A DNA stretch of 64,000 nucleotides from an uncultured Acidobacteriota bacterium. GTDB lineage: Bacteria > Acidobacteriota > UBA6911. The notes beneath the pieces are model-generated. The model saw nothing but the letters and a program-made list of their open reading frames with translations. It searched no databases and was not told where the DNA came from. The position numbers and the translations under genes were made by a program. The stretch covers positions 32,001-96,000 of the forward strand of contig CAWHCF010000017.1 of the NCBI GenBank assembly GCA_963827655.1, given 5' to 3'. Below, piece after piece: positions 60,096 to 64,000 of this stretch. Numbering within the stretch: the stretch's first letter is position 1; the number at the start of each line of letters is the position of its first letter.

Positions 60096-62922
60096 ATGAC
60101 GCCCGAACGTTGGCAGCAAATCGGCCGGCTCTATGACGCTGTCTTAGAGCACCCGCCAGAGGAGCGCCCTGCCTTTCTCGCTCAAGCTTGTGCTGGCGAC
60201 GAAGACCTGCGCCGAGAGGTCGAAATGCTCATTGCCTCCTCCGAGCAAGCGGGCCGCTTCCTGGAGTCATCACCGGGGGATATGGCGGCTGACTGGCTTG
60301 CCGAAAGCCAGGCTCGAGCCATGGTCGGGCGGAGCCTGGGCCCTTACCGGCTCATTTCCTTGCTCGGCGTGGGCGGAATGGGTCAAGTCTACCGCGCCCT
60401 GGATACGCGATTGGACCGCGAGGTGGCGGTCAAAGTCTTGGCCACACACCTGGCCCAGGATGCTGGGGCGGTGGCGCGCTTCAAAACCGAGGCCCGAGCT
60501 GTCGCGGCGCTCTCGCATCCCAACATTCTGGCGATTCACGATTTCGGGACGGAGCAGGGCGTCACCTTCGCAGTCATGGAATTGCTCGCCGGGGAGACGC
60601 TACGCAGTTGCCTGGCGCGCTCGGCTCTGGGCTGGCGCAAGGCAGTCGAATATGGGATGACGCTTGCTGACGGGCTGGCGGCGGCGCATACCAGAGGGAT
60701 CATTCACCGCGACCTCAAGCCAGAGAACATCTTCCTGACCGAGGACGGTCAGGTGAAGATTCTCGACTTCGGCTTGGCGCGAATAAAACGAGTAGTCTCC
60801 GCCCAAACGGCGGTCTCGACCTCGGTGATGCCTGTTGTCACTCAACCGGGCGTAGTGTTGGGGACGGTCGGCTATATGTCGCCGGAGCAGGTACGCGGGG
60901 AGGAGGCTGAGGCGCCCAGTGATATTTTCTCCTTCGGGTGTGTGCTTTACGAGATGGTGACGGGCGGTCGCGCCTTTGCGCGCGCGACGGCGGCGGAGAC
61001 TATGGCAGCGATTCTGAAAGACGATCCGCCCCGTCTGGCAGAGGCCGGGCAAAGCATTCCCCCCGCTTTAGAGCAATCGATCGGGCGCTGTTTGGAGAAG
61101 CAGGCCGAGAAGCGCTATCAATCAGGGAGCGAACTGGCTCTTAATTTAAGGGCCACCGTAGGCGGGATCGGAGGAGCGAAGGGCTTGCCGTCGCGCTTTG
61201 TGGTCGGCTTTCGTCGAGCGGCGTGGGTTAGCGCCCTGTTGCTCGCGGCCTTAGTGGCGGCTCTGTGGTGGCAGCCCTGGCAGAAGCCGCAGCAGCCGGT
61301 CCAGCAACTCATTTCCACTTTCCCGGGGGCGCACACCGCTGCCAGTTTTTCACCGGATGGCAGCATGATCGCATTAATGATGCAGGATGGGGCGGGAGTG
61401 CCTCAGATCTGGATCAAGAACCTGGCCCAGGGTGATCCGATCCAGGTCACTTTCGATCCGGGTGGCGCTGGCCCGCCACGCTGGTCTCCCAAGAATGACC
61501 AGATCATTTTCAGCCGTGGCCGGGGCTGGCAATCCATATTGTCGGTCCCACCTCTCGGTGGCCGACTCCGGATTCTCATCGATAGAGGTCATAATCGAGA
61601 TGGCACACGCCATCCCGAAGGCGGCAGGAACCCGAGTTTTTCCTGGGACGGATCCCGGATTGTCTTTGAGAGAGCTGGTGAACTATGGATCGCCAATGCC
61701 GACGGAAGTAATCAGCACAAGGTCGAAGGCCTAGTCCCAGGTAATGACCGAAGCGGTTCACTGGGGCCTACGTTTTCACCCGATGGTTCTCTCATCGCCT
61801 ATTTTCATTCCACACTCGGTCCAGTGGGTGAAATCTGGGTGATCTCCTCTCAGGGTGGAAAACCGCGCCAATTGACTTTCGACAATGACCTTTGCGCAAC
61901 GCCCGTCTGGACAGCGGATGGACGTCACATCATCTTTTCTTCCAGTCGGCGCGGCAGCCAGACTCTCTGGAAGGTGCCCGTGGGTGGCGGCGAGCCGCAG
62001 CCGGTGTTGGTGAGCGCGGGTGAAGACACGAATCCGGAAGTTTCCCGCGATGGCACAAGATTGATCTATACCACGGCGCGCAATCATTACGCCTTGACTG
62101 TTCTAGACCCAGCAACCCAGCAGAAGCGGGAACTGAGGGAAGTCCGGGCCGACATGGCGGGGCCCGTCTTTTCTCCCGCGGGCGATAAGATTGCATTCTG
62201 CAGCAGTACAGTGAGTTGGCGATTCGCATTTGTTTACGATCGATGCGGATGGCCGCAACCTGACCCAGGTGACCCATGGCAAGGGGGAACGAAACATTTT
62301 CCCCCGCTGGTCTCGTGATGGGTCAGCCCTGTATTTCTATCAGGACCGTCCGGTTCCGTCTTTTCGAAAAATTTCGCTCCGAGGCGGGCAGAGTGTGGAG
62401 CTGGTTCGCGGTTGGAGTTTTTCGTCCCAATGGCTGGTGCATGTCGATCCTCAAGAGAAGCTCATTGCCCACTCCCAGATCGAGAACGGCATTGTCATCG
62501 GAACCTTTCTTCGGGAAATTGCTACGGGAAAGGAAACCCTGTTCCGCAAGCTCATGTATGAGCCTCAGTGGTCGAAAGACGGCCAATGGATTCTGGGCAC
62601 TGAATTGAACTCTGGCGTCCGCAGCTCGTTCGGTGACATCGTGGTTTGCGCCGTGTCCACGGGTGAGTGCCGCAAAATAGCAGCCGATGGTAACCGTCCC
62701 ATCTGGTCTCACGATGGTTCCCGGGTCTATTTCCACCGCTTCAAAGGAGGGAATCGAGATCTCTTCTCAGTAGCTAACGATGGGACCGATGAACGTCTGG
62801 TTGCCGAGCTCGGACCCTTCCCACCCTATAACCATCTCACGGACGTTTCCCGGAAGGGAGAGGTAGCCTACGTGCAATTTAAGGCAGGGAAACCAGAGCT
62901 GTGGATGATGGATTTGAGGTGA
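60096..62922 (+). CDS. Membrane Ser/Thr protein kinase with TolB-like (PD40) propeller; +1 frameshift near 62216
   Basis: MTPERW start, GVGGMG, VAVK, HRDLKPEN, DFG and YMSPE; one transmembrane segment; repeated FSPDG/WSRDG units continuing into 62230-62922. Confidence 0.92.
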
Positions 62923-63124
62923 GGAACCACCATGACCCGTACCGGCTTCCCGCTTGCGTCTCAAACGCTCCGGCGATTGAAAACCCTATCATCTTCAACC
63001 CGCCGACGCGACGGCGAACTTCGTCCGTCCGAGCGAGCTCAGAAAGCCTGACGGCCGGATCCACGAACGGCGTCGCTGGGGCGGCCAGCCGCATACCGTC
63101 GACAACTGGTTTGTTTCAGTTCCT

Positions 63125-63141
63125 GTTTACGTATAGTAAAC
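63125..63141. promoter_or_regulatory. Putative HigA operator palindrome
   Basis: GTTTAC-gtata-GTAAAC, 7 bp upstream of the higB GTG. Confidence 0.55.
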
Positions 63142-63148
63142 TTTCGCC

Positions 63149-63433
63149 GTGCGGGTAATCTCGCGGCGGCGCATCAATGAATTTTGCGAGCAGCATGCGG
63201 ATGCGCTCCCTGGTCTTCACAACTGGTACAAGACCGTCCGTCGTGCCACTTGGAGGAACTTCGCAGAACTTCGTCAGGACTTCAATTCAGCGGATGTGGT
63301 TGGACGGCGGACGGTGTTCAACATTCATAAGAATGTTTATCGCCTGATCGCTCGGGTGAATTATCAGAAGCAGATCGTTTTTGTGTTGTTCATCCTCACA
63401 CACAATGAATATAAAAAAGGGAAATGGAAATGA
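63149..63433 (+). CDS. higB: Type II toxin HigB
   Basis: MRVISRR, W...SADVVG, VFNI...YRLI and LTHNEY motifs. Confidence 0.92.
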   Translation: MRVISRRRINEFCEQHADALPGLHNWYKTVRRATWRNFAELRQDFNSADVVGRRTVFNIHKNVYRLIARVNYQKQIVFVLFILTHNEYKKGKWK

Positions 63434-63837
63434 GGGCGCCAGCACGGATCAATAGAGAACGATATGGACGGCTTCTCCTCGAGAAACTGCCGCGGCCAAT
63501 TCGGAACGATCGTGACCTGGAGCGTGCCGAAACAGAGCTCCTTGCGCTCGACGAGAAGGGGAATGATCTGACTCCCGAGGAAGGCGAGTACTTCGACATG
63601 CTCGCGGTCTTGATCGAGGATTACGAGAACAAGCACTACCCTGTCCCAACTGTTCCCGCAAGTAAGGCATTGAAGGAGCTGATGTTCGAACGTGGACTTC
63701 GGCACAAGGACATCGCGGCAATCGTTGGCAACAAAGGGCTGACAACGGAGATTCTGGCTGGCAGGCGTGGCATCAGCAAGACCGTTGCGCGAAAGCTCGC
63801 CGAGCGCCTGCAGGTCCCGATAGACCTATTTCTCTGA
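63424..63837 (+). CDS. higA: Antitoxin HigA (HTH)
   Basis: LIEDYE, LKELM...GLRHKD...EILAGRRGIS; overlaps higB. Confidence 0.9.
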   Translation: MEMRAPARINRERYGRLLLEKLPRPIRNDRDLERAETELLALDEKGNDLTPEEGEYFDMLAVLIEDYENKHYPVPTVPASKALKELMFERGLRHKDIAAIVGNKGLTTEILAGRRGISKTVARKLAERLQVPIDLFL

Positions 63838-63884
63838 GGATCAGGAAGAGCTTCGCCCCTGGTGTCTTCGCCGTCGCAGACTGC

Positions 63885-63998
63885 CTAGGCGTAGGGCTTC
63901 ACCCCGGCCACAGGTTTACGATAGACATTGGGACGGCCATCGTACTCGAAGAACTCAACTTCCAACGCTCTGGCCACATCCCACCCATCAATGGCAAG
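63885..63998 (-). CDS. Possible 3' end of an unidentified gene running off the window
   Basis: Open frame LAIDGWDVARALEVEFFEYDGRPNVYRKPVAGVKPYA*. Confidence 0.35.
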   Translation of the reverse strand, partial: LAIDGWDVARALEVEFFEYDGRPNVYRKPVAGVKPYA

Positions 63999-64000
63999 GA

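Noticed and set aside
53090-64000. Second att site for the tRNA-Glu element
   Set aside because: No convincing copy of the tRNA-Glu 3' end was found by eye; GGGACGGCCA near 63930 is too short and mismatched.

Overview
GC-rich bacterial chromosome segment, most likely Acidobacteriota (inferred from four acidobacterial-type VWA genes, an ECF sigma/Ser-Thr kinase pair and DUF1549/1553 plus DUF1501). Bases 1-45.7 kb are mostly core genes: ccsA-hemA-hemC-hemD, site-2 protease-scpA-scpB-rluB-ribE, plsC, ribB fused to a degenerate cyclohydrolase and convergent with an intact ribA, ubiX, metG, larE, ggt, ftsK, rnj, rsmA, trxA and purA. Secreted enzymes are interspersed (vanadium haloperoxidase/PAP2, DUF1080, and a choice-of-anchor I/phytase-like gene preceded by a Pho-box array). 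Bases 46-64 kb are an integration hotspot. tRNA-Lys(TTT) is followed by a 5.2-kb islet closed by a 45-bp duplication of its 3' half. tRNA-Glu(TTC) is overlapped by a large serine recombinase that leads a decaying conjugative element carrying a 24-bp-periodic TGCTAGCA array and a 28-bp inverted repeat. Toxin-antitoxin and ECF/kinase genes follow. Signals missing from, or unexplained by, the ORF track: a CxU selenocysteine rhodanese with a SECIS-like hairpin, a 41-aa internally deleted aldehyde dehydrogenase relic, a LuxR relic, a TAA-flanked MITE family, a LysW-like zinc ribbon lacking EDWGE, and a 156-bp tandem duplication. All 11 frameshifts in otherwise intact genes are single-base insertions and are probably long-read consensus errors. 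All family assignments come from motif recognition by eye; no database search was run.
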